Shown: positions 13,601-25,750 of the stretch, one piece after another
Layout: each line of letters begins with the position of its first letter
Position numbering within the stretch: the stretch's first letter is position 1
Source: Octopus vulgaris
Lineage: Eukaryota
NCBI GenBank assembly: GCA_951406725.2
Contig: OX597831.1
Location: 74,462,001 to 74,526,000, forward strand
Reading direction: 5' to 3'
DNA length: 64,000 nt
The notes under the pieces: model-generated
What the model was told of the DNA's origin: nothing
Databases searched by the model: none
Seen by the model: only the letters and a program-made list of their open reading frames with translations
Position numbers and translations under genes: made by a program

Positions 13601-15581
13601 ATCAGAGCAAAGAAGACCGAGGACTCTGAAAAGTAAAGATAATTAATTCATCATCTTTAAGGGTGGGGCTCATTTCTTCCACAATGGGTGGCACAACTTT
13701 GGGACATGCAGACAGCACATCATCGTCCACCTGCAATGACCCGTTCTTCTTCTTTCTTTCTTTTCTTTTCATCCTGACTTCGGGAGAGTGGAGCTCTTCC
13801 GCTTTGTCCGGAGTCTCTCCTCCACCTCCCGAAGCCTTAGGGTCCTTCGGCGAGCAACCATTGTTGTCCGCCTTCTCAACCACATCCACCTCTCCCTTTG
13901 ACCGGGTAGGGTTAGGGTTAGGGTAACAACAACAAGAACAACAGTTTTTGACTTAGATACGTAGCCAGCAATTTTAAATGGGGAGGAGGGGGAAAAGTCA
14001 AGTACCCCTAGTACTTCACTGGTACTTAATTTTATTAAGCTTGAAAGGACGAAAGCAAAGTTGACATTGGTGGGATTTGAACTTAGAATGTAATGGGCTG
14101 GAACAAATAATTCAAGTTATTTTTGAATTAATAATGATTAGAATCACCATCATCTTCATCATCATCGTTTAACGTCCGCTTTCCATGCTAGCATGGGTTG
14201 GACGATTTTGACTGAGGACTGGCAAACCAGATGGCTGCACCAGGCTCCTATCTTGATCTGGCAGAGTTTTTACAGCTGGACGCCCTTCCTAACGCCAACC
14301 ACTCCGAGAGTGTAGTGGGTGCTTTTTACATGCCACCGGCACGAGGGCCAGTCAGGCAGTACTGGCAACGACCTCGCTCGAATCTTTTTACACATGCCAC
14401 CGGCACAGGTGCCAGTAAGGCGACGCTTTTAACGATCACGCCCGAATGGTGCCCTTTTATGTGCCACCGGCATGGAAGAATTGTGTTTCTACACACCCGT
14501 ATAGCTTGGATGGGGTAATGGCTTTCATCCATTGTTTTTAACCAATAATTCTGACTTTGGATCATGTTTAATCTGATGAAGAAGAAGAAGACGATGATGT
14601 CTGGGGAGAAATGAAACGTCAATTCGCGCCGATGGATGAAAGAGGGCAAATTAAGTGACGGGGGGGAGGGAAGAGTGATGTGAGGGAGTAGAAGGAAGAG
14701 GTAACAAGTGTATGGGAGTAGAAGGAAGAGGTAACAAGTGTATGGGAGCAGTTTCACGCTGTTTAACCATTCAACTGCGAATATAAAAAAATAAAGCATT
14801 AGAAGAGTTTTCATTCTTTTTGTAATCGAACGAGAAGAAGCAGAGTTATGTACCCTGCCTAAGGGAGACAACTTTCGTAGAGTGGAAAGCTTCGAATAGA
14901 TGATCACGTGGCGAGAAGTCGTCGTGTACCAATTTACCTTCATCTCCAATGTACCTGTCGGTGGTGATGGCCATGGGGGTAATAGTGACGATGACTATGA
15001 TATTCTACCCGAGTCCCGTGTGAGCAGGCTTACGATCAATGGTATAGCCTGCCACACGGCGGCGAGCTGGCAGAAACGTTAGCATGCCGGGCGAAATGCG
15101 TAGCCGTATTTTGTCTGCCGTTACGTTCTGAGTTCAAATTCCGCCGAGGTCGACTTTGCCTTTCATCCTTTCGGGGTCGATTAAATAAGTACCAGTTACG
15201 CACTGGGCTCGATGTAATCGACTTAATCCGTTTGTCTGTCCTTGTTTGTCCTCTCTGTGTTTAGCCCCTTGTGGGTAGTAAAAGAAATAGGTATATCTTG
15301 CCACAAACTTATTTTTATGGTTGTAGGATGTGGTCTGACAGATTCAGCTGCTATTTCTAACATGTCGAACACTCTTGGAGAGGCTTCCCTCATTGGCTTC
15401 CGGTGAACATAATAAAAGTGGCGACAATGATAGTGATGGTGATAAGATGAGGGTCATAACGATGCTGATGATGAGAGTGATGATGATGATGATGATGCTA
15501 GAGAAGGTGGCGTTAGTCACATTACGAAAGAGATAGAGAGAAGTGAAACGAAGAAGGTCAGGCCCAAGGGTTGGAACTTAC

Positions 15582-15674
15582 CCATTCCATCTTCTGTTAA
15601 ATCTACTGCAAGAGTGAAGAACATAAAGCCGTGGACCCTTGATTTGATGTAGACATAAAGGGTGTTCACCCAAC
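15582..15674 (-). CDS. IDE: IDE-like exon 10 (GWVNTLYVYIKSRVHGFMFFTLAVDLTEDGM)
   Basis: ttccag| and |gtaag; 93 nt; GWVNTL...GFMFF...VDLTE.G. Confidence 0.95.
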
Positions 15675-16129
15675 CTGGAAAAGGAACAACAACAAAGAAA
15701 CAATAAATACAAAAACAACTTTAAAACTCCCCCAAAATACTTGATACACGGGAATGGGTGCCTGGTTAAGAAGCTCACTTTCCAACCATGCATGGCGCTT
15801 TGGGCAAATATCTTCTACTATGGCCCTGGGGCAACCAATGCCTTGGGAGAGAATTTGACAGAAAAAATTGTGTAGAAGGCCTACTGAGCGTGTGTGTATA
15901 TATATATGTGTGTATATATCCTTCTCTCTCTTTTGGAGAGGCACTGAGCAGCTATACGCACACATACACACACGGCAGTAACTCCTGCCTACCGAATTCA
16001 ATCACAAGGCTTCGGTTGGCTTGGGGCTATAGCGGAAGATACCTACCCAAAGTGCCACGCAGTGGGACTGAACCCGAAACCATGTAGCTAGGAAGCAAGC
16101 TCCCTAACCACACAGCCATGCCCATCCCT

Positions 16130-16206
<77 letters not shown>

Positions 16207-16444
16207 CAAGTGCATGTGTGTGCCTTTGCCCTCATTGCCACTTGACGATGGTGTTGGTTTGTTTGCATCTCCATAACTTAAGGGTTTGGCAAAAAAGAAT
16301 GGTAGAATAAGTACCAGACTAAAACTCAAAACGTTCTGGGTTTGGTTTCTTTGGACTAAGACTCTGCATGTCGGTTCTTGTCAAACCATCCAACCCATGC
16401 CAGCATGGAAAAAGAGACGTTAAATGAGGAGGGTGCAAAGTTAC

Positions 16445-16517
16445 CTTTAGCTTTCAGTTCAGCGTGGAGACTGTTGCGTCCTTCATGTCCAAGTAAATGT
16501 GCCAAATAAAATCCCGG
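16445..16517 (-). CDS. IDE: IDE-like exon 9 (PGFYLAHLLGHEGRNSLHAELKAK), exosite GHEG
   Basis: tttcag| and |gtaac; 73 nt. Confidence 0.95.
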
Positions 16518-16759
16518 CTGAAAAATCAAAGATTCTCCGTTAGTTTTCCTGGAGTCACAAGTTAAAGTTAAAGAGACAACAAAAAAAACTGACTCAAAAT
16601 AAAATTCTAGGAAAAAAAGGTAAGGATTATAACGAAGGAATATTCCAAACTCGCAAAATAATTCTTAGATTTCGGAATATTTAAAATTCTTCAAATATCG
16701 GATATAATCAATAGAAATGAAGAAATGGAATTCTCAGTTGGTGTTTTTATGAAATCATC

Positions 16760-17292
16760 ATCATTATCATCATCATCGTTTAGCGTTCGCTTTCCATGCT
16801 AGCATGGGTTGGACGGTTCAACTGGGGTCTGGGAAGCCAGAAGGCTGCACCAGGCCCAGTCTGATCTGGCAATGTTTCTACGGCTGGATGCCCTTCCTAA
16901 CGCCAACCACTCCGTGAGTGTAGTGGGTGGTTTTTACGTGCCACACTCACAGGTGCCAGGCGAGGCTGGCAAACGGCCACGATCAGATGGTACTTTTTAC
17001 GTGCCACCGGCACGGGGCCAGGCAAGGCTGGCAACGGCCATGAACGGATGGTGCTTTTTATGTGCCACCAGCACGAGGCAAGTTCGGATGGTTCTCTTAC
17101 GTGCCACCGGCACTGGTATCACAGCTGCAATTTCCATTGATGTTGATCGATTTCGATTCCGATTCTCACTTGCCTCAACAGGTCTTCACAAGTAGAGTTT
17201 TGTGTCCCAAGAAGGAAAGGTATGCATAAGTGGACTGGCTACGTCCCAGGTAGAGGCCACGGGTTATGGTCTCACTTGTCCTGCAGGGTCTT
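16760..17292 (-). mobile_element. RTE 3' UTR copy
   Basis: Colinear with 43633-44240. Confidence 0.85.
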
Positions 17293-18829
17293 CATAATCT
17301 GCCTGTTTTCATAATCCGTTTGTCTGTCCTTGTTTGTCCAGTCTGTGTGTAGCCCCTTATAGGCAGTAAAGAAATAAGAAGATACCCAGCTGTAGAAAAC
17401 ATGTCTAGACAAACTTATACTTTACTTTTTACTTGTTTCAGTCATTTGACAGCGGCCATGCTGGAGCACCGCCTTTAATCGAGCAACTCGACCCCGGGAC
17501 TTATTCTTTTGTAAGCCCAGTACTTATTTTATCGGTCTCTTTTGCCGAACCGCTAAGTAACGGGGACATAAACACACCAGCATCGGTTGTCAAGCAATGC
17601 TAGGGGGACAAACACAGACACACAAACACACACACGCATATATATACATATATACGACAGGCTTCTTTCAGTTTCCGTCTACCAAATCCACTCACAAGGC
17701 TTTGGTTGGCCCGGGGCTAGAGCAGATGACACTTGCCCAAGATGCCACGCAGTGGGACTGAACCCGGAACCATGTGGTTGGTAAGCAAGCTACTTACCAC
17801 ACAGCCACTCCTGCGCCTATAAGGGAGTAAAATATAAGATGCTGTTTATATTCTGGTTTTTCATATATGGATTAGTGAGAAGAGGGAGCTGCATACATGG
17901 CCCATTTTAGGGATCACCAAGACTGGTAGCAGGAAGTGATCCTTGGACTAGAGAGCTACCCTGAATACTACCACCAAAGTAGATTCTGCTAATGGGGCCA
18001 AGGGCCAGGAGGTGGTGCTAATCCTTCCATCACCATATTTCAGTAGAAACATGCTGTCTTCGTTTCAATTATCAAACTGATGTTTGGAACATAAATTGGT
18101 ATCACAGAAGCAGCAGTGGTCACAGATGGATTGGCAGCAAAAGGGTTAAACCAGAAAAGAGGTTTAGCTTAACCCTTTCGTTACCAAACTGCCCAAACCC
18201 ACCTGAAAAAAATTTTGGTTAATGTGACCAAACCGCCCAAAGCCGCCCGTATTTACCTATTCATATTTAAATGAGAATATCAGAGCAAATCTTTTTAGTA
18301 CATTCGTGAAAACACGTGATTATACTTCGTAAACAGTTCATCTACAGTTTTGTACAACGATCGACGTGTTATTTTAATTACCTGAATTTTGTGAGATTTT
18401 TTTCCACGTTTTTTTGGAAATCGATTTTTCTTCAACTTTGAAAATAGATAGGAGTTTCATGTTATCAAGCACTGATTCCGAATTGGAAAATTTGTGAAGC
18501 AAATACTGGGTACTGTTGTGGATTTAGTTTTTATACAGGGAAACTTATGTTAGTCAGCATGGCTTAGGGTATGATGTGGGCTGGAAGTTATCACTTCCAT
18601 ACCATAACCAGGGCCGTATATTATTTTTTGACCGATTTCTTTAGTTCAGTCAAACTTGCGGTGGATTCCAGTATTTCACTTTATTCCACCTTTATGGAAC
18701 ACCTGTTGTGCATTAAATCCATGATTTTCCCAAGACTATTTTAGGAAACGGAATTGAGAATCAAAAGCAAGTTGTAGAACATGATTGGAAACCAAACAAA
18801 AATTTCTGAAGAAATGGTGTTTTACTTAC

Positions 18830-18919
18830 ATTGGATTTATAGTAAGCTTGGATATCAGGAATTGGCCAAACAATGGCTAAATTTCTGAGGTCTTTTACAG
18901 GCACGGTAATAACTCTGGT
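18830..18919 (-). CDS. IDE: IDE-like exon 8 (TRVITVPVKDLRNLAIVWPIPDIQAYYKSN)
   Basis: tttcag| and |gtaagt; 90 nt. Confidence 0.95.
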
Positions 18920-19516
18920 CTGAAAGACAAAAAAGGAAAAATGAAGGAGATGAAGATCAAGATTAGACTTGAAATTAACAAATACTTAATTACCATTTTG
19001 GTATTATTATTTCATTTAAACAACGTCAGAACTAAGATATTTTATTTATCATTTCATAACAGACAGAACACTACAAACCCATCATGACACTTAATTCTAT
19101 GTGCGTGTGTGTATACATACATATATATATATACAGGTTTGGTAATACAACAGGAAAAATAGAATTCAAAACAGCTGCAAAGATGTAAACTTTATTCACC
19201 CTTTCTCTGCCCCCCTGATGAAGGATTGAATCCAAAATGTTGGATATTCCACTCCTCACAGCAAGTTGACTGCACCCCTTTCACTTATATCATCAGCATC
19301 ATCATCATTTAACATCCGTTTTCCATGCTAGCATGGGTTGGACGGTTTGACCGGAGTCTGGGAAGCCAGGAGGCTGCACCAGGCTCCAGTCTGATCTGGC
19401 AGTGTTTCTAAAGCTGGATGCCCTTCCTAATGCCAACCACTCCGTGAGTGTAGTGGGTGCTTTTTATGTGCCAGGGGAGGCTGGCAACTGCCACAATCGG
19501 TTGGTATATATATATG

Positions 19517-19573
<57 letters not shown>

Positions 19574-20245
19574 TATATATTCTCTTTTACTTGTTTTAGT
19601 CATTTGACTGCGGCCATGCTGGAGCACCGCCTTTAATCGAGCAAACTCGACCCCGGGACTTATTCTTTTGTAAGTCCAGTACGTATTCTATCAGTCTCTT
19701 TTGCCAAACCGCTAAGTAACGGGGACATAAACACACCAGCATCGGTTGTCAAGCAATGCTAGGGGGACAAACACAGACACACAATCACACACACACACAC
19801 ACATATATACGACAGGCTTCTTTCAGTTTCCGTCTACCAAATCTACTCACAAGTCTTTTGTCGGCCCGAGGCTATAGTAGAAGACACTTGCCCAAGGTGC
19901 CACGCAGTGGGACTGAACCCGGAACCTTTAAATTGGCAGCAGTTCGAAATTGATGCAAGAGCCAAGAGTTTTGAGCATTCCCCAAACTTCTGCTGATTAT
20001 ATCACACACACACACACAACATAAAGGAATAGGGATTTAGAATGCAGGCAGGTGGTACCTTGCACATGAATGCAACATCAAAGGCCATTAGGACACTCAC
20101 TCAGCAGAAACATGTGTTGGATTGGCATCTAATATGAACAGAACAAGACAAATATTCTTCCAATGTAATTCACCATTCCTGTTTAGGATACTGTTTTTTT
20201 TTTTTTTTCATGCTCACCTGTCCCCAAATGCAATATTGCACCTAC

Positions 20246-20358
20246 CTTCACTTGTTCACAGCCACATGGGTGCTCATTCCAAACAGGAATCTCGACATTT
20301 TTATTGACAACTTTATCAAACAATGGCAGAACCATTGCAGTCAGTTCATCAAGAGATT
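20246..20358 (-). CDS. IDE: IDE-like exon 7 (ESLDELTAMVLPLFDKVVNKNVEIPVWNEHPCGCEQVK)
   Basis: tttcag| and |gtagg; 113 nt. Confidence 0.96.
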
Positions 20359-20581
20359 CTGAAAGCAACCAAAGAAGAAAAAAAATCATTCAATAAAGAA
20401 TGGTCTGAGAAAAACAACAGCCCTGACAGAATGTAAAGTCTTTGTGAATCTTTTAATATATATATTTTTTTTTTTTTTTAGGCTATGACCCTTCTTTGAA
20501 TTTCAAGCCCTCGAACCAAAGAACTGGCTATCATTCAATAAAGAATGGTCTGAGAAAAACAACAGCACTGACAGAATTTAA

Positions 20582-20802
20582 CCCTTTAGTGTTCGCATTA
20601 TTCTGCCAAAATTAATCCATTTTTATCCACATTATTTTGAACTAATCATGCATTATCTTGTAGCTATGAGATTTTGACGAGGTAGCTGTTAATTTTTAAA
20701 ACGATATTGTAGGGCTGGTGTGAGAGACCAGATCTGGCCAGTTTGAACATAAAACAGGCAGAATACATCTGACCGGATATGGCTGGTTTAAATGCGAAAG
20801 GG
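20582..20802. mobile_element. TTAA-flanked (piggyBac-like) MITE
   Basis: TTAA|CCCTTT...AAAGGG|TTAA; relatives at about 4932-5164, 21940-22162 and 18169 onward. Confidence 0.8.
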
Positions 20803-21289
20803 TTAAAGTCGTTGTGAATCTTTTAATATTTCTGTTTGTTTTTTGGTTTTTTTTAGGGTATGACCCTTCTTTGAATTTCAAGCCCTCGAACCAAAGAACT
20901 GGCTGAACTACTTGCCACTAATATAGATTCCACACTGGAGAGAGGACAAGATTAGTTTCAGTAAGTTTATTGAAATTTGGTAAATGGTCTCTTTTTTTAT
21001 ATTGGAATCAATGTTGGCACTTTGTGAAAACCTTATCAATGATGGGACTCAGGCAAAGTGAAGAATTTGAATACAAAAAGCAAAGGGCTGAAACAAATAT
21101 TGCGAAGTATCTCATCTGGCTCTCTAACAATCCCATCAAGCCACTGCTCTTCGACTGCTACCCTGATGTTTACTAACCATTTAAAGGAACAAGAGCAAAG
21201 CTGACCTCAGCAGAGTATGAACCCAGAACTTCTAATCACAAACTACAAACCATTCTCTCTGGTGCTTTATCGATTCTGCTAATTCATTG

Positions 21290-21580
21290 TTAGTTAGTTA
21301 GTTAGTTAATTTTTGGCTCAAAAAGCAAAAAGCAAGGCCATGTAGGGGGACATGGAGTTATGTACAGGGTGGTGTTCATGTAAAAAGTTCAGGCCACTTG
21401 TGGTCAAGGGAGACTTTGAACCGAGCGGTCGTCGGCATCTTCACCATCTCGTCCAGCAGCTTATTCCACAGATCCGCAACCCGGACAGAGAAAGCCCCTC
21501 TCCTTCAATTGAGATGAAATCGTCACAGATAGAGCTTTTCGGACTGACCCCGCAGCCGACGCTCTGGAGCAGGAGTTTGA
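21290..21580 (-). mobile_element. CR1-like LINE 3' end with (CTAA)n tail
   Basis: RLRGQSEKL...RRGAFSVRVADLWNKL..EMV..PT..RFK.SLD. Confidence 0.75.
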
Positions 21581-21608
21581 CTGAAGAAATAGCAGAATCT
21601 ACACTTAC

Positions 21609-21731
21609 CTTTACCCAACACAGCCAAGGTCATAATATTACTGGAATAATATTTCTCATGGAAACGTAAAAGTTCGTCTCGGGTATCGACACCTCTGTCT
21701 TTGGCTTTTGTCTCCAATGTATCTTTGTTGC
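21609..21731 (-). CDS. IDE: IDE-like exon 6 (GNKDTLETK...DELLRFHEKYYSSNIMTLAVLGK)
   Basis: tttcag| and |gtaag; 123 nt. Confidence 0.97.
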
Positions 21732-22810
21732 CTGAAATGAAAATAGTTTCTTTTATCAAATTTCAACATTCAATCATTCTTCAAGTTTTTTTACTGGTTT
21801 CTGTAGATCGAATCAACACCAGAAGTTATTTCAATCTGGAGAAAATATATTATCGACCAAACAAGACAAAAGGAGAAAGTAACAGGAGCTAAGGGGAGAC
21901 AATTCAGGTGGATCAATATACAATGTGGGTGTTGCTGTTCCCTTTCGTAACCAACCCGGCTGAAACCGGCTCTGGCTCTGTAGTACAAATGTCTTGTTTT
22001 CATAAGTTTTGAATTAAAATCTTCCACCAAACCTGTCACAATTTATGTTCTTAACACTAACTTAATGATAACTAAGTTATTTTACTAAATTCTTTGTTAA
22101 ATTTTAAATAATTGAAAGAAACACAGAGCATCTCAAAATAAATACAGTAACAAAAGGGTTAACCCCAGGATAGCTATGACTGAGGAAAGAGCCTCCAACC
22201 TTGACCATTTTTGCTTCCAGACCGTGTATTTAGGCCTGCATTATCCAATATATTCTACAGAATGTGTTTTGAGAAGGATTTGGTTGCTCTTTCATGTAAA
22301 CCATGCCAAACCAAACATTCCATATCAACATATTTTAGTCCTAAAGCCATTTTAATTTTTTAATATTTATATTTATTTATTTATTATATTTTTTTATATA
22401 ACTATCAAAAAGGTATTAAAAAGTTTAATATAATATAATAAGTGGTTTTACTTATTATATTATATTAAACATTTTAATACCTTTTTGATAGTTATATAAA
22501 AAAATAATAAATAAATATAAATTAAAAAATTAAAAGTTTAAAAATTTATAAATCTAAAATTTAAAAAATATCAAAAAATATAAAAATTTATAAATATAAA
22601 ATATAAATTAAAAAATTATAAATTTAAATAACTTAATTTTAAATTTTTTATATATTTTGTATATTATATTAATTTTTATGTTTTTCACTGCTTGATTTGC
22701 CTAACAGTGGTTTTATCTGTAATTTAATTTATATATATATATAAAAATTGAGATAGGGGTTGTAAAAACAACCCTCCATGGGATAGGGTATATATGTAGA
22801 CTGATTTTAT

Positions 22811-22946
22811 TACATAATCTCCGAAGAGGCCTTATGATATTTTTGTAAATGTCTCATTTATATCTATATATTGACCAACCATAAAGGGCTAATATTGGTA
22901 AAATGAGACATACCTATCTACATGGCCGAAACAGCTGTAAGATGTA
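22811..22946 (+). ncRNA. Type I hammerhead ribozyme, U4C core, long helix II
   Basis: ATCT-CCGAAGA-GGCC...GGCC-GAAAC-AGCT-GTA-AGAT; helix III palindrome ACAGCTGT; 11-bp inner stem ATGTCTCATTT/AAATGAGACAT. Confidence 0.72.
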
Positions 22947-23171
22947 ATCTATACTTATATTTATATTTACTTATATTTATATTCTCTTTTATATATATTC
23001 TACTTATTATACAAAATTACTCTTTTATGTACATTCCTTTATGTACACTGTTTTGTTCTGCTTTTATATTTAACCCTACAGTCTCTTATGTGGTGGTTTA
23101 ATAAAGTATGTGATTGAGTATTATCTGGTAATTGATATTTGATTTAGATGTATTTCTCCATTTTCTTATCT

Positions 23172-23217
<46 letters not shown>

Positions 23218-23446
23218 CCTGGAAACAGCTGTAAGATCTTCTCTTTATAAATGTTCTGCAAACTATTCACTGTCTTGGATTTATAATCTCATTCTGTTCA
23301 TTTTTATACATGTGCATGCTAATACACAACCCACGTTGGACTCTTCATTCATATCATTATTGAACCTGGAGCTTAAATGTAGTCTGTCCATAGCACTTAG
23401 CATTACTTGACACCTTTGGGGTTTCTTCACACCAATACCTCTCATA

Positions 23447-23527
<81 letters not shown>

Positions 23528-23693
23528 TGTTATCGCCATATTAATATGGCATTCTTATAGATATAAGAATAATCACTGCCGCTGGTCAGCTCCATGAGGC
23601 CACCGCCATCAAGATAGCTATTCATACACGATCTGTATCCATTATAACCTTCGAACAAGGGAGGTCAGCCGCTTCACACTGCCAGTCCGACAG

Positions 23694-23733
23694 CTACAGA
23701 CGCGTTTTGGGGTATTGCCCCTTGTCAATGTAG
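23694..23733 (-). ncRNA. Decayed minimal hammerhead
   Basis: CTACA-tTGACaA-GGGG caata CCCC-aAAAC-GC-GTC-TGTAG; all three helices perfect, three core transitions. Confidence 0.65.
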
Positions 23734-23822
23734 TGCAGTCAGACCCGCAGGTGTCGCCACTGACGTCTCTGTTCAACTTAGTAATTTTAATATTTCTATT
23801 ATATATATATATATATATATAT

Positions 23823-25711
23823 AACGGGAAGCTTTATGAAAATAAACAAAAGATGAAGGCAGGTGGAATACAAACAAACAATTGTATTAGTATGGCGCTC
23901 AGGAAATATAAATAAAACAAGTCTTTTACGTTTCGAGCCTACGCTCTTCAACAGAAAGATACACAGAAAAGAAACACAGAAAGAAGGAGAGAAAAAAATG
24001 CGTGCAGAGGCTAGCGAATCAACATGGCGATCTGATTTCGGCCAGAAGTCAAAGATCAAACGTGAGATGCAAGAGCGAAATTAGGGGAGATAATAGGGTT
24101 AAGTGACCTCGCCCCAACATAAGAGTGTGTGTGTGTATGAGAGTATTAGTGCGTATGAGGTCTGGACGTGTGTATGTATATATGATGTGATGTGTAAAGT
24201 CGTATGGTGTAGTGTAGAGAGAGGAGATGAGGGGAGAGGGGAAGAGGGGGGTAAGGGGGAGAGAGGAGAGATGAGGGGGAGATGAGATGAGGGGTGAGGG
24301 TGAGGGGGGGAAGGAAAGGGGAGAAGAGAGGAGAAGGAAGGAGAGAAGAGGGGAGAGAAGGGGGAGAAGGAAGGAGAGGAGAAGAGGAGGGGAGAGGAGG
24401 AGGGAGGATAGAAGGAGAGAGAGAGAGAGAGAGAGAAGGCGAGTGAGGGAGCAGAGAGAAAGAGGGAAGGGGAAGAGGGAAGAAGGGAAGAGGAGTAGGG
24501 GTGAAAGGATGAAGGACTGAAGAGAAGTAGGGGTCGGGGTGGAGGTTAGATGAGGAGGGGGGATAAGGGGTTAGATAAGGAGGGGGGGAGAGTTGAGACC
24601 AAATGGCATAAAAGAGCGAAGAGAGAAGATTAATTCCTGTTCACGGCGCAAACGGGAATCCAGATGGCCTCTGTGCAAGGACAAACCGAACACAGACAGA
24701 TGTTGCAAGGAGTGACCGGTGGAGCGGAAATGGCGTGAGACCGGTGTGTTGTTGGCAAGGCGGATGTCATGGAGGTGTTCCGCGAACCTGGTCAGCCAAG
24801 CGGCGTCCTGTTTGTCTGATGTACAGGGAAAGGCAGAGAGAGCAAGAGACGCAATAGATAATATTGCTGGAGGTGCAAGTGAAGGAGTTGATGATGCGAT
24901 AGGGTCGATGATGGGTGCCAGTGAGGAGGGTGGTGTTGGAGAGGTAAGGGCAAGTGCGACAACGTGGGTGGGAGCAGGGGAAGGAGCCAGGTTGGGAGGT
25001 AGGGTCAGGGAAGGAGCTATGGACCAAAAGGTCTCGTAGGTTATGGGCTCGTTTGAAAGAGGGGAGGGGTCGGTTAGGGAAGAGGTGTGAAGTGGACGGG
25101 TCGGACTGGAGATACCGGAAAGCTCGAAGAATGGTGCGTTGGAGAGGTAGGGTCGTAAGTGAGGGGAAAAGGGAGGCGGGAGACTACAGGGTGGGTTCGG
25201 GGAGAGAGAGCAGATGCACGGTCTACGGAACGTGCTCTGGCAAGGGCGGTGTGGATAGAGGTGAGGGGGTATCCACGTAGGATGAAGTGGTGAGCCATAC
25301 GTTGAGACTGAGTCTCAAAGTCATGGTCGTCACTACAGAGCCTACGTAGACAGAGGAATTGGGAATAGGGGATGGAAAGCTTGGTGTGTTCTGGGTGGGA
25401 GGAAGAGAAGTTTAGGTATGAGTGTGAGTCTGTGTGTTTGTAGTGAATGGAGGTGGTAAGAGTGGAGTGAAGAATGCTAACCGAAATGTCGAGGAAGGAG
25501 ACAGAGGTGTTGGAGATAGTGGAAGTGAAGTGGAGGGCTGGATGGTAAGATTGGACGAATGAGAGGAAGGAATCTAGACGTTCACGGGAGAGTGAGGTGG
25601 CACCGATAATGTCGTCAATGTAACGACCGTATAGTTCAGGAGTGGGACCAGTGAAATTAGAGAATATTTGGGCCTCAACATAGCCAACGAACAGGTTCGC
25701 ATAGTTGGGGC

Positions 25712-25712
<1 letters not shown>
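23823..25712 (-). mobile_element. 5'-truncated Penelope-like element (RT C-terminal half plus GIY-YIG endonuclease, frameshifted) with 3' hammerhead
   Basis: MGPNYANLF..RYIDD..FLD..YK.TDSH.YL..SSSHP..IPYSQFL..RR.CS..RGYP (ORF 25074-25715); C-x3-PRCRTC and NIIYCVSCSLCLSLYI.QTGR (ORF 24767-25027); both ends in (TA)n. Confidence 0.92.
23923..23958 (-). ncRNA. Minimal hammerhead at Penelope 3' end (CUGUUGA core)
   Basis: CTTT-CTGTTGA-A-GAGC gtag GCTC-GAAAC-GTA-AAAG. Confidence 0.72.
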
Positions 25713-25748
<36 letters not shown>

Positions 25749-25750
<2 letters not shown>

